Part shown: in pieces, positions 13,620 to 27,100 of the stretch
How the letters are laid out: every line of letters begins with the position of its first letter
Position numbering within the stretch: the stretch's first letter is position 1
Source of the DNA: Azolla caroliniana
Lineage: Eukaryota > Plantae > Polypodiophyta
DNA: 64,000 nt
Direction of reading: 5' to 3'
NCBI GenBank assembly: GCA_043228905.1
Contig: JBHGNT010000007.1
Location: 2,170,001 to 2,234,000, forward strand
Notes under the pieces: generated by a model
Databases searched by the model: none
What the model was told of the DNA's origin: nothing
What the model saw: only the letters and a program-made list of their open reading frames with translations
Program-made: the position numbers and the translations under genes

Positions 13620-16600
13620 CTTGCCAGCTTCTATGACTGCCATGTACTCCGCCGTCGTGGTTGACAGCCACGAGTGCCACGAAACAACTCCCCTTGCATA
13701 AGTCATGACATATCCGGATGTAGACCAACTAGTATCCGCATCGACCGATATATCCGAATCTGTGAATCTGTCAAGTTGGGGATTTCCAGAACCGAACTGG
13801 AGGCACATACTCGAGGTGCCTTTCAGATACCGGAGTATCCACTTGACCGCGTTCTAATGTTCTCTTCTGGGATTGCACATGAACCAGGTCACCACTCCGA
13901 CTGCATATCCGATATCAGGCCGGGTACATACCATCGCGTACATCAAGCTTCCGATGGCAGAGGCATATGGAATCTTCATCATATCCATCTTCTCTGCCTT
14001 TGTCCTCGGGCTTTGTGTTCCGGATGGCTTGCAGTTTGCCGGAAGTGTCGATCCAACCGGCTTTGCCTCCGACATGTTGAACTGTTGAAGCACCTTTGTC
14101 ACGTACTTCTCTTGTGACAACCACAACAACTTCTTCGACCGGTCCTGGATGATGTGCATTCCCAATATTTGTCTTCATTGAGAAGGTCCGGTTCAGAGCC
14201 TTCTTCAGCATCTGAATCTTGCCTTGGACTCGTCCGATGTTCAGCATATCATCCACATACAGGAGGAGTATCAAGAAATCTCCTCCGTCCAATTTCTTCA
14301 CAAACACACAATGATCAACTTGCGTTTTGTGGTACCCTTGGTCGGTCATGAGGGAGTCGAACTTCCGGTACCATTGCCGGGGAGCTTGCTTCAGTCCATA
14401 TAAGCTCTTCTTCAGCCGGCACACCAGGTGCTCCTTCGCTTTCTTCTCAAATCCTTCCGGTTGATGCATGTAGATCTCTTCTTCCAGGTCACCATGCAGG
14501 AATGTTGTCTTGACGTCCAGTTGCTCTAGCTCGAGGTCCATGCTTGCCACTATGCCCAATACCGTCTGGATGGATGTCATCTTTACTACCGGGGCAAAGA
14601 TCTCATCGAAGTCCACTCCTCTCTTCTATTGGAAGCCCTTCACCACGATCTGGGCTTTGTACCTTGGTGGATTTCTGGCATCTCCCAGTTTCAGCTTGTA
14701 CACCCACATGTTCTGGAGTGTTCTCTTCCCTTTCGGCAACACCGTCAGTTCATACATGTGGTTCTCATGCAGGGAATCCATCTCGTCTTGCATGGCACTC
14801 AACCACTGCGAATTTGGGTGTCTCTCTTTGCTTCTTCGAAGCTTTCTGGCTCCCCCTCATCGGTTAGCAACACATGCTCTACATCCGGAAATCTCCGGGG
14901 GGTTCTTCTCTCCCGAAGAGGATATCTCCGTCCTTGGTTTCTGACTACCGGCTCCTCCATCTGTTCCGAATCCGAATCCGATTCGGGATCTTGTCTCGTT
15001 CCGGTGTCCTCTTCTTCTTCTTCTTTGGTCGGTTCGGTTTCCTGTCCGTATCTGGCCGGTTCGTCGAGCGTCATCCGGTTACCGACTAACATCCGGTTTT
15101 CAACCGGGTAGGTCCTTGTGTCCTCAAGCCGGTTTTCATTGGATGATCCGGAGTTGATCATCTTCTTCTCCGACTCTCAATCGGCAATGGTCATGTCTTC
15201 CATGAATATTATGTCCTGACTCCGGAACACCTTCTTGTCGACTAGATCCCACACCTGGTAATAGAACTCATCATCGCCGTATCCAAGGAATATGCATGGT
15301 TGGGACTTCAGATCTAGCTTTGCTCTCTTGTCCTTCGCCACATGCGCGTATGCGAGACACCGAACACCTTCAGATGCCAATAAGATACATCTTTACCGGT
15401 TCATACTTTCTGATGTGAGTCTCCTCCCAAGGGTATCGAGGGTGATCTGTTTATCACATAGGTCACCGTCGTTAGCGCCTCAACCCAAAACGTCTTGGGT
15501 AACTTGTCATGTGTGAGCACGCTCCGGACTCTCTCCATTATGCTCTAGTTCATCCTTTCGGCCAGCCCGTTCAATTCCGGCGTCTTTGGCACGGTAAATT
15601 CGAGCCAGATTCCCTTCGACTAGCAGTACTCCTCGAACTGCCCCCGGTATTCTCCTCCATTGTCCACTTGAAACGCCTTCAGCTTCCGACCAGTTTCTCT
15701 TTCCACTCTCGCGTGGATTTCCTTGAAGACGGATAGCACCTGATCCTTCGTCTTCAACAGTGAGACCCACAACTTCCGGCTATGGTGGTCTATGAACGTC
15801 ACGAAGTATTGTGATCCGGCATGTGACTTCGTGTCCACTTGACACACATCGGTATGCACCAGCTCCAGTGGTGCATTCCGTCTCATCGGTGTTCTTGACC
15901 GAAAGGAGGTTCGGTTTTGCTTGTCGGCCAAGATGTTGGTGGACTTCTCAAGTTGCACGTCCTTCACCGGAATAAGATTGTCTTCGGCAAGCCTCTTCAT
16001 CCCCTTCTCATTCATGTGACACAGTCTTTTGTGCCACAACCCACCGACAGTGTCGGATGCTACGTTCACTTCTTCTCGGCATATCCGAGCATTCATCAAG
16101 TATAGTGTGTTGACCGTCTGGGCATGAACCACTATTAGGCTCCCTTTGCAGAACTTCATGACTCCGTTCCAAATGCTACCCGTGTAATCTTCATCATCTA
16201 GCCGACCGGCTAATATTAGGTTCAATCGAACCTCCGGAACGTGTCGAACATCCTTCAACAACAACTTGCATACGGTTGATGTCGTCAACAACACATCTCC
16301 TATGTCGACAATTCGGCATGTGCCTTCATTCCCCATCCGGACACAACCATGATCACCGTCTGTGTAGGATGAGAAACATCTACAGTCCGGTGTCAGGTGG
16401 AACGACGCTCCGGAATTGGCAACCCACGTTGTCTCATCGCCGACAAGGTTTAACTCATTCTCTTCGGTAATGATCATCAGTTCTTCTTCACTTGTCGCGA
16501 TCGCCGACGTTCCGGTCCGAACTCTTCTTCGAATCAGTGGTGCTGATTTCTTTCTCTTTCCGGAAATGCCGACAGTTCTTCTGGAAATGCCCCGGCTTCC

Positions 16601-17308
16601 CACAGTAGAAGCAAATAGGCCTCCCCTTGACTTCGACCTCATCCCCGACTTGTCTCGGTTTTGGGGACTCCGATACCGGCCTCTTCCCCGCTTGTGGTCA
16701 TCTTCCGTGACCAAGGCCTTCGGATTGGTTCCGGACTCCTGGTCGTTCCGGCGAGCTTCTTCATCTAGAAGGCTTGATTTTACCCTTGCTAGGGACAACT
16801 ACTTTCCTTCCGGTCCGGCGTTGCCCAACGTGACAACTAGCGTCTCCCAACTATCCGGGAGGGAACTAAGCAGGAGTAATGTGAGCACCTCATCAGTAAG
16901 AGGTACTTCCAACGAGGTTGCCCAGTGGATTAGTACCTGGAAGGCATTCATGTGCTCTGCCATACTGGAGCCGTCCTGGTACCGGAGCCTCACTTTCCAA
17001 AATGCCGAGACCCGATTAACAACATTCTTGTTCTGGAACATGTTGTCGATCTTCTCCTAGAGTTCATGAGCCTTGCTCTCTTCATTGAAGTTGTTGTACA
17101 GGCTCATGTCGATGAAGCACCGGATGTAGGCTGTCGTGTTCATGTGCATCACCTCCCACACTGTGGCGTCGATCTTACCCAGTCTCTGGTCCCTGAACTG
17201 AACCGGAAACCAAATATCTTTAACCACCAGCATGTCCCTCATCTTCGACTTGCACACTGAGTAGTTGGAGCCGATGAGCTTGAACATGCCACCGAATGAT
17301 TCTTCCAT
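13620..17308 (-). pseudogene. copia B gag-protease-integrase-RT; RNase H continues at 7754-8010 and 2577-2624
   Basis: ORF pieces MEESFGGMFKL, WVANSGASFH, VHTDVC, LLLYVDDML, YASAIGSLMYAMVCTRPDI, with several stops and frameshifts. Confidence 0.9.
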
Positions 17309-19110
17309 TTCCTATGTCGTTCGCTCTGATAACATATTGAAGAGAAGAACGCGGAATATTGCTCGACCACAACCGAGTCTTGAATCTCTTCACTGAGAAT
17401 GAAACACAGAAATGGGACGTGGAGAGTACACAAAGGAAATACACAGGATGTTTACGTGGAAAACCCTACATGGGAAAAACCACGGGAGCCCACGGACTCC
17501 AACTATCACTATAGGAGAAAGGTACAATCAGAGCCTCAGAGGCAACGACCTCGAGCTTTGTATCTTCGCCAAATGGTGGTTACAACAGAGTATCGCTCTC
17601 TCTCTCTCTCTCTCTCTCTTTGTACAACAATATGACAACAACAACAATATAACCACACAAAGTGATTGCCCAAGTCATATTTAGGGTTTAGGGTTTAGGG
17701 CTATTTACAAATATAGCCTCAATAGGCTTACTCAAATCATATTTACAGATATGTCCTCTCTTCCGGTTCTCATCGGCTCTCTTCCGATTCTCACCAGGTC
17801 TCCTCCAATTTCCGGATCTCTTCCGGTTCTCACCGGGTCCTCTTTATTCATCACCGGATCCCATCCGGAGGGACCGATTTCCCAACAATGTTGTACCGAC
17901 ATCTGAGGGTGTTTGGTTTTCTTTCCTATGTTCATGTAGCAAAGTACCAGAGGGGAAATTTGGACCCAAAGAATTGGTCGTGCATATTCCTGGGATACGA
18001 CAGGCTATGGAACTTAGCCAAGAAGAAAGTGATTTGGAGCCAAGACATAGTCTTCATGCATGAGAAGACTATTGTTGACTAGGAGATGGAGAAGTCGAAT
18101 ACATCCTCCCAACCAATCAGAAGTCGAATGTCGATTGAAGAACAAGGTGAGTTGACCAAATCCGGATAGGGAGTCGGATAAGATGAAAACCACAGTCGGC
18201 AGCCAAATACGGACCTGAATTTGACCGGAAGGTATCTTGTTGGATCTGAAGAGGAAGAAGTAGTCGACTCTAAATCGGACAACGTTCCAACCAAAAGAGA
18301 AGAGGAAGGACCTAGTGAGACGACTTATGAGAATAGAGGAAGGAGATACCCTCTGAAGAATAGAAGGGCCCCCAAAAGATATCTAGATAAAGAGTACATG
18401 CTACTAACTGACGAGGGGGAGCTAGAAAGCTTCGAGGAAGCAAGGAGGGACACCCGTAGCAGAGACCCGTAGCAGAGAATTGCTAAGTGTCATGCAAGAC
18501 GAAATGGTAGATTCCCTACATGAGAACCACACATATGAGCTAACAGAGTTGTTGAAAGGAAAGAGGGCACTCCAGAATAAGTGGGTGTATAAACTAAAAG
18601 TGGGAGATGGCGGAAATCCACCAAGGTATAAGGCCCGCATTGTGGTGAAGGCCTTCTAACAAAAGAAAGGTGTAGATTTCAATGAGATCTTTTCCGCGGT
18701 GATGAAGATGACATCCATTCGGACTGTGTTGAGCATAGCAACCAGTATGGACCTTGAAGTCGAGTAGTTGGATGTCAAGATGGCTTTTCTGCATGGTGAT
18801 CTGGAAGAGGAGATATATATGCAGCAACCACAAGGATTCGTCGAGAAGGGGAAGGAGAACTTGGTATGCCGATTGAGGAAGAACCTTTACGGACTCAATC
18901 AAGCTCCCCGACAATGTACCAGAAGTTCAAATCCTTCATGGCCAACCAAGGGTATCACAAAACGCAGGACGATCAGTGCGTGTTTGTGAAGAAGATGGAC
19001 TTTCTCGTCCTCTTGTTGTACATGGACAACATGTTGATTGTCGGACGAGACTAAATGAAAATCGGAATGTTGAGAAAGTCCTTGAACGAATCTTTCTAAA
19101 TGAAGGATAT

Positions 19111-19651
19111 TGTCATGACACAGTGACATCGAATACATATTTGGTAAGGATTGAACCTTCAACCTCACATCAACAAAATGTCATGCTCAACCATTTTGAC
19201 ATGACCATACATTTATATATAATAGTGTAGTATTCTATAGTCTATCGTATAGTACATTTTAGAATCAAAATATTCTAGTCGTTAGTATATTCTAGAGATA
19301 TTGCGTATAGTACATTTCAGAATCAAAATATTCTAGTCGTTAGTATATTCTAGAGATATTGTACAATATATTCTAGATGAGTATATTCTACAGATATTTC
19401 TCGAGACTTATATTCTAGAGATATTCAATCTCGGAACTTGTATAAATACTTGTAACCTCCTTGGTCCCTTTTAAGGGATTCAACACCAGTCATTGACATA
19501 TCAATCTAATATTCTCATTTCGCCCCATCTTGTCTGCTTGATCTTTATCTCTGTCTTCATGCTTTTGTGTCATTCCCAGCTTCTTAAGTTCCATGATCTT
19601 AGCCCCATCATCCGTACTCCATCCGAGTCTGCGGTTGGTGTGTTCATGACG
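19111..19651 (+). repeat. Solo or orphan chromovirus-type LTR (E) in the RT of A
   Basis: Starts TGTCATGA and ends TCATGAC(G). TCTAGA-rich U3 with a tandem duplication; TATA near 19441. The TSD is not clean (GATAT / GAGAC). Confidence 0.7.
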
Positions 19652-20131
19652 GAGACAATGTCCAAAGACAAAGACGGAGAAGGCTCTAGAATGTATCAAG
19701 AAATATCAGTTGTCAGGAATAGTACTAAGCAGAGAGAGAATTAGTACTAAAGAAGAGAGGTACTATTAGTACTAAGAGGACGGGACTGCGTAAGATTCCC
19801 GAGAGAGAAAGAGAGAAGAGGAGAGAGAGATAGCGAGGATGAGAGAGAGACGGATGCTGATAACAACTAATATATTATGTGAAGGATAAGTACAAAGTGA
19901 CTAAGAGGCTTAAGATTGGCATTGAACCAATTTGGTTCAAAACAATGCCTTGTGCCTCCTTTTATAGTGCTCTCAGGAGTAGTCCTGAAGCTTCTAGAAT
20001 GTTCTAGAGAAATCTAGAATATACATTAATTTCTTATAATAAAGCATAAATAAAAATAGATACAATAGATGGTGTGATGGTTAAGAGCTCGACCCATATA
20101 CCATAAGGGCATGGGTTCGAGTCTTGCCATA

Positions 20132-23100
20132 TCATGACACTATCCCCCCCTTAAGACGACGAGTGGAACGAGTCGACGCCGATTGAGGACCGGGTTTGTT
20201 GGGATACTGTCGGTGAAAATCAGCAAGAAGATCTGGAGCATTGGTGACATGCTCGACGGGCTCCCAAGTACGTTCGCTCGGACTATAGCCGAGCCAATCG
20301 ACCAAATAATAAAGTTTGTTGCGAACAAATTTGGAGTCGAGGATGGCAGCAACTTCATACTCCAGGTCGACATCTAACTCAAGCGGGGGCGGCGGTGGGG
20401 TAACACGATTGGGAATAGTGTTTGGAAGATCAAAGCGGAACGTGACATCATTAACCTTACCGGTAATACGGAAAGGACCGAGTCGTCGATAATCCAACTT
20501 GTTGCACGATCGAGTAGTCTTGATGTGACGACGTAAAAGCCATACTCGATCTCCGATGGCAAAAGAGGAGGGAAGCCGATGACGATCCGCGTAAGCCTTT
20601 TGTGTCTGTTGAGCATGACGAAGATGAGTAGAGAGATCCATCTGGATCTTGCGTAGTCTCTCCAAATGATCCTCGGTACGAGGATTGGTAGGTAGCTCTG
20701 GGGTGTCGATCACTGACCAACGAGGATGGGGAGACTGGAGACGAGGAGTGAACAACATTATTATACGCAAACTCTGCAAAGTGGAGAATCTCGGCCCAAT
20801 CGTCCTGTTGATAACTCAGGAAACACGGGAGATATTGCTCTAGTGTTTGGTTTGTTCGTTCCGCCTGCCCATCGGTCTGAGGATGGTAGTCGGAGGAGAG
20901 GTTGCAAGAGACCTTGAGCATCTTGAAGAGATGCTGCCAAAATTTGGAGACGAATTGCGGTCCTCGGTCACTGATGATACTGTCTGGGAGGCCATGATGC
21001 CGAAATACCTCACGCATGACAAGGGTGGCGGTTTCCTCGCTAGTGATGGCCTTAGTACACGGCACAAAATGTGCCATCTTCGTATATCGATTGATGACGG
21101 TTAAGATAACATCGAACCCCTTAGAGATCGACAGATCTGTGATAAAGTCAAGACAAATAGACTGCCATGGCTTACTTGGAATCGGTAAGGGTTCCAACAA
21201 GCCATATGGATGGTGTCGTGGCATCTTTGCTCGGTAGCAAGCATCACAAGTCCGAATGTAGTCATCGACAAAACGTCGCATATGGGGCCACCAAAAGGAT
21301 CGTTGAACTAGATCCAACGTCTTAGTGCTACCGAAATGTCCCACCATATGGGTGTCATGACAACTTTGGACGATTTTAAGGCAACAGGAGCAATCGGGGA
21401 CATATACAAGCTTTTTAAAGAATAACAAACCATCACGATATTCGAACTGTCGGTAGTCCATACCTAGTTGTTGAGACTGGGAACAGGATGCCCGAGAGGT
21501 ATCAATGTGCGCCAGAATGTCTTGAGCAAAATTTTTCGTCTTCAAGTTCGCACGTATGGTGTCGATAATCTGGGAATCCATTGGGGTGTGAAAAATCCGG
21601 GTTGTGTGTAATCGTGTTGGTCCCAAGATTACTTGCTTTTGATTATCGAACGTTGGATCACCAGGATGAGGTGCAAGATATGAACGCCGTGATAGTGCAT
21701 CTGCCTTTCCTTGCTGCTTCCCTGGTCGATATGCGATTTTGAAATCAAAACGTGTGAGGAATTGAGCCCACCTAGCTTTCCATCGATTTACCACACGAGC
21801 GTTTTGGAAATAAGAAAGATTGTTGTGATCACTGAAGACGATGAATTGATGTGGAGAGCCCTCAAAAAATGCCGCTATTGCACAAATGAATCCACGATGG
21901 CTAATAACTCCTTGTCATGTATTTCGTAGTTGATTTCCGCAGCATCGAATTTGCGCAAATGGAAAGCCACATGATGTAACTCTTCTTTATCTCCTTGTGG
22001 AGAAAGGATGCTACCGAGGGCGAAATCTGATGCGTCGGCCTCCATGATGAATGGTTTTCTTGTATCCACATGAGGTAGAATAGGTGCTGATGTAAAGGCT
22101 TTCTTAAGATGCTGAAAAGCCATGTCCGCTTCATTGAACCAAAGAAATGTTTGTCCGTTCTTCGTAAGTTGTGTGAGAGGTAAACTAATCTTCGAGTAAT
22201 CCTGTATAAACTTGTGGTAGAAGTTAGCAAAACTTAGAAAACATTGTACATCTCGTACTGACCGTGGAATTTGCCACGCTAGCATAGTTTGGACTTTAGC
22301 TGGATCCATGAAGATGCCCATTGAGGAGATAACTTAGCCTAGAAATTCCATTTGCTTGCAGTCAAAACTATATTTTTCTAGCTTGGCATAAAGACCATTC
22401 TCGCGGACTCGGTTTAGTACTAATAGTACATGAGAATTGTGCTCTTCTTGGGTCTTCGAATAAATCAATAGATCATCCAGATAGATGATCAAACAGATAT
22501 CCAAGAGGTCTCTGAATATATCATTTGCCATGTGTTGAAAGACTGCAGGTGCATTGGTTAGACCAAACGGCATAATAGTATATTCAAAATGCCCATACCG
22601 CGTGCGAAAGGCGGTCTTCCATTCATCTCCCGGTCGGATCCGCACGAGGTTATACGCTCCTCGTAGATCGTTTTTTATAAAAAACTTGGCACCATTAACT
22701 CGCTCTAAAAGACTTGATATAAGAGGAAATGCATACCTATTCCGGATGGTGACCTTATTTAAGCCGCAGTAATCAACGACGAGACGAAGTGAGCCATCTT
22801 TCTTCTTGACAAAGAAGATGGGTGCTCCGGCCGGAGATTTCGAATGACGAATAAACCTGCTTGCCAAGTTCTCCTCTATGTAGGCTCGAAGGACTTCTAA
22901 CTCGGTGGGTGACGAGTTGTAGATTGGTTCCCATGGTGGCTCTGCTCCTGGTTGTAAATCGATGGGACAATCGTAGGGACGATGATGAGGAAGAGTACCG
23001 GCTTTTACCTTGTCAAATACGTCGGCATAAGGATGATATTTTGCCGGAAGTTGCACTAAGGATTCCTCCTTAATATTGCTGGAAGGATGTACTAATATGA

Positions 23101-23524
23101 CAAATAGGAACATTGCCTCCTTGTGTCCTTCTTCACAAAGTTGACGTAATGAAATGGTCGAAACTTGATGAGTAGATTCTTGGGGTTGTCGATATCGGAC
23201 TTCTCTTGTTCTCCAGTCTATGTCTAGATTATGTAGTTCAAACCAAGGTAATCCCAGGATAATGGGATGCTCTGGACTACTAATTATATTAAATGATACT
23301 ACACACACAAAACTACCTAGGACAACCTGAATGGGTTCTGACTCTTCTACAATATTCCTGGAAGCAATGGGACGACCATCAATGATTACTACAGATGCTA
23401 GACAAGGAAGTTTTCTTAAGGATATCTGAGAAGCTTGGGCAAAATTTCGATCCATGAAACAAGAATTGGCTCCTGAATCTAAAAGTGCAAGGACTTGTAC
23501 TGGGGGAGTACTTTTAGTACTAAC
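20132..23524 (-). pseudogene. Pol of chromovirus F (PR-RT-RH-IN-chromodomain), disrupted; its start is split off by G
   Basis: ALLDSGA protease near 23480, [23 protein letters not shown]...[20 protein letters not shown]...HPQTDGQAER, chromodomain YEVAAILDS...TWEP. Confidence 0.92.
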
Positions 23525-24168
23525 TGTTGTCCAGAGGACAGAAATGTAAAATTAGGAAATTAGCAAACGCCGAGGCCGAGTATCACGGGCCACCGATGGC
23601 TCGGCGGTGTGTTAGGGGAAAAGTTATTTAAACGAGGAGCAGTACCTCAGAAAGGGAGAGAAGAAAATTATAGGCGGAAGCACTAGCTTAGTCATTCATA
23701 TTAGATAAACTCATAGGGTCACCGGCCATAGGCCGTGTTCTGTAATCCTTTTCTGCCATAGTAATATATCTTAATTGCGCCTATTTTGCTGCATGAGTCT
23801 GTGTTTCGATCTATACCTATGAGTTTCACACCGCCACGTCTATCAAAACCTCGCTAGTGTTTTCTCTCTGAGCCCTGTATCTCTCTCGACACCTCTATAC
23901 GAGCCTTCACGTACCACGCCCTTGAGACCGATAGACGCAGATCTATCGAAGGTGTTCACCCAAAGGAACGGGTAACACAATTTGGCACGCCCGGTTACAG
24001 CTGTGAGTGCACATCGAACTTCATTGAAGGTAACCACCAGCCGCCGTTACGGCGCCCTCTCGCACCACGAGGTCTCGGCCACCTGCCGGACGCCCTGAGC
24101 CAGTCGAAGGGACTTCCGACTCGTCGGTCACTGACCAATCCTTTCCCGAGCAATCGGGGGCTTGTCCA

Positions 24169-27100
24169 GTGCAATCCTCGCCACCGGACACTCGATCGCG
24201 AGTGGATTCACCACCAGGGCCCCCGTCGAGCCCTCCGGAGGTCAACCAACCGGAACTAAACCCTTTTCCGGTGCTACCAGAAGAACCACAGTACGACATC
24301 ATGCCGTACCCATACCCACGATATGCCGACGGACCTGACGCGGAGTCACACGTCCGTGCCTTCATATCCACGTGGCAGGCTAACCACTCCACGCACCGCC
24401 TCACACCGGCCGAAATCGATGCATCGAAGATTGTCGAGTTCACACTCTCCCTCGAGGGACCGGCCGCACGATGGTACTCTCGTCTCGAAATAGGAGAGGC
24501 CACCACTTTCCAAATCGTGCGCACAAAGGTCCTTGAACTTTTTCATCGCGAGGTGCCTAAACGGGAATTGCTACGGCAATTCCTCTCTATATGCCAGGAA
24601 CTGCACGAAACGGTCGCGCAGTTCACGATCCGGTTCCAGGATCTCTACAGACAAGTGGCCGATGATGTCTTGGCACAACATATACCAGACACTTTCCTAT
24701 CCAGTTTACGAGAGCCTCTACGAAGGACTCTCACACTTACAAATTTCGCCAACCATACTATCGAACAAGTCATAGCGCGCGTTCTTGCCCTCGATCGGAA
24801 CCAGCACGGCACGGCCTTCTCGATGACATCCTTGCAAAACGCTCTTCCCCAAGAGGACAATCACTTTTGCCAAGACCTCCAATGCACTGCGTGTTCAGGA
24901 TCAGGACACCTAGCCCTCGAATGTCCCCACCGACCACAATGTCCAATTTGTCAGTCTCGAGCTCACATGGTCGAGAAGTGCGAATATAATATGCTGAACC
25001 GCACGACGGCGGCACTGGTTCGCCAGATCGAGCCACGAAATACATACTCTCGGCAAGACGAGCGATATATCTACCGCGACCAGGATAACGACCAACTGCA
25101 ATCCCCGGGTCGATGGCGCCGAAACGACGACTACCAACGTAATCATCGCCGTGATTATTATCGCGATGACCAGCACGACGATTATGCTAGATACGATGAC
25201 GATCGCGATGATCGGTATGACCGAAGGAACTCACGCATGGATCGGCGAAATGGCAATCGCAACACACACAACAACAGAAGACCTAATCACAACTGCCGAC
25301 GGGACGCTCCTCAACATGACCAACGCAACTCCAACACACCTCGGAACAACCCACCACCATACGAGACCGAGGATCAACAACAACAGCTTCCACACACAGA
25401 CCGAGCGGACACCAGCAGCTCGGCCAACGTGACATGTTTTAAATGTAACCAACCAGGCCACTACGCCACGCAATGTTCGACAACCAACCGTAGCAAGGCA
25501 CCCGCAGCACTACAGGCCAATACTAAGATCGTGACACCACCGGTACACCTCACCGAAGCAGGTACCGGTCCACCACTCATGGATTCTCAGAACCCAGCCG
25601 TACGAATCATCATTAAGGGACAAGACCTGCACGGATGCATCATCGACGGCGGATCCGGCGTAAACGTTATTAGCGAATCAACGTGTCTCAAACTCAGCCT
25701 GAATTAATGGGAACCATGCCCCTTTTGGCTTCGGATGACCGACACCCGCTCCGTTCGCCCCATTGGTTTAATCCACCATCTCGACTTCACCCTCGGAGGC
25801 CACATGTTCACGATCTCGGCCGTCGTGCTACGACTGGAGACACAAGGCGCCTACCCAATGTTACTAGGTCGACCATGGTTGCGTACAACGAATATCAAGC
25901 AACATTGGCAACGCAACATGATCTCGTTCCGAAGAGGGAAGACAAAAGTCCGAATCATCACTGAAGACAAAAGTCCGAATCATCCCGTCGCCCTCAACAC
26001 TTCGCCGTTATACGCGGAAGGGGTCCATATGCTCGACGGATTGGCCGATGAGGAGGTCGATGACTTCCTAGATGATCATCCCATGATCATTCCTCTCTTC
26101 GAAATCAATGCCTTACCAACCATCGAGCCATCTAAAGTTGAGGAAGTCACGGAGGAATCACCACCCCAGGATGAACCCAATGCAACCACAGTTGCCGAGC
26201 TACGTCATGCTCGGGAGGCTTTCGAACGCGAACTCGCCGTTTCACAACGAGTGAAATTATCAACCCTGGAAACAATAAACCTCGGTTCGGACGAGAGTCC
26301 CCGTATGGTACAAATTGCCAATAATCTACCAACCGGCGAACGGGCATGCCTCGTAAAATTACTCACCGACTACCAGGATGTTTTCGCTTGGTCTTACACT
26401 GATATGAAGGGGCTGGATTCTCAATACTACCAACATCAAATTCAAATCTTACCCGACACTCGGCCGGTTCAGCAGAGGCGCTACAGGATGAACCCCAACT
26501 GCGCCGCTAAAGTCAAAGAGGAAATTGACAAGTTACTCCGAGTGGGCTTCATTCGCCTTGTTAAACGGGCTACATGGTTGAGCCCAATCGTAGTGGTGCC
26601 AAAAAAGAACGGAAAAATCCGCGTTTGCGTCGACTATCGGAAGTTTAACACGGCAACAATCATCGACGGTTTCCCTCTCCCATTCACGGATAACGTCCTC
26701 GACACGGTAGCCGGCCACGAATGCTACAGTTTCCTCGACGGGTTCAGCGGCTATAACCAGATAAGAATGCACCCGGAGGATCAGGAGAAAACCGCTTTTG
26801 TCACGGAATGGGGCGTTTTTGTAGCAGAAGTTATGATGTTCGGTCTAAAAACAACGCCGGCTACGTTCCAGCGCATCATCACTGAAATCTTTCATGACTA
26901 CATCCCGGCGTTCATGGAAGTTTTTCTCGACGATTTCGCCGTGTATGGCAATCAACAGGAACACATGACCCAGTTACGACTCTGCCTGGACCGATGTCGC
27001 CAAGCTCGATTGAGTTTAAACCCGGCGAAATGCGCGTTCTTAGTCACCAGCAGCAACCTTCTCGGCCACATTGTTAGTCAAGAAGGCATTGCTATGGACC

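Larger units (their letters stand above)
2264..17887 (-). mobile_element. Ty1/copia element B inserted in the integrase of A
   Basis: 5' LTR 17338-17887 and internally deleted 3' LTR 2264-2566. TSD ATGTC (2259-2263) / ATGTT (17888-17892). Mutated tRNA-iMet PBS at 17323-17334; PPT complement at 2567-2577. Confidence 0.88.

Noticed and set aside
17681-17700. Telomere or chromosome-healing site (TTTAGGG x3)
   Set aside because: Only three units, inside LTR B with LTR sequence on both sides.
20067-20130. Functional tRNA gene in the LTR
   Set aside because: A/B boxes are present but acceptor and anticodon stems cannot be formed. Reported only as a promoter-like motif.
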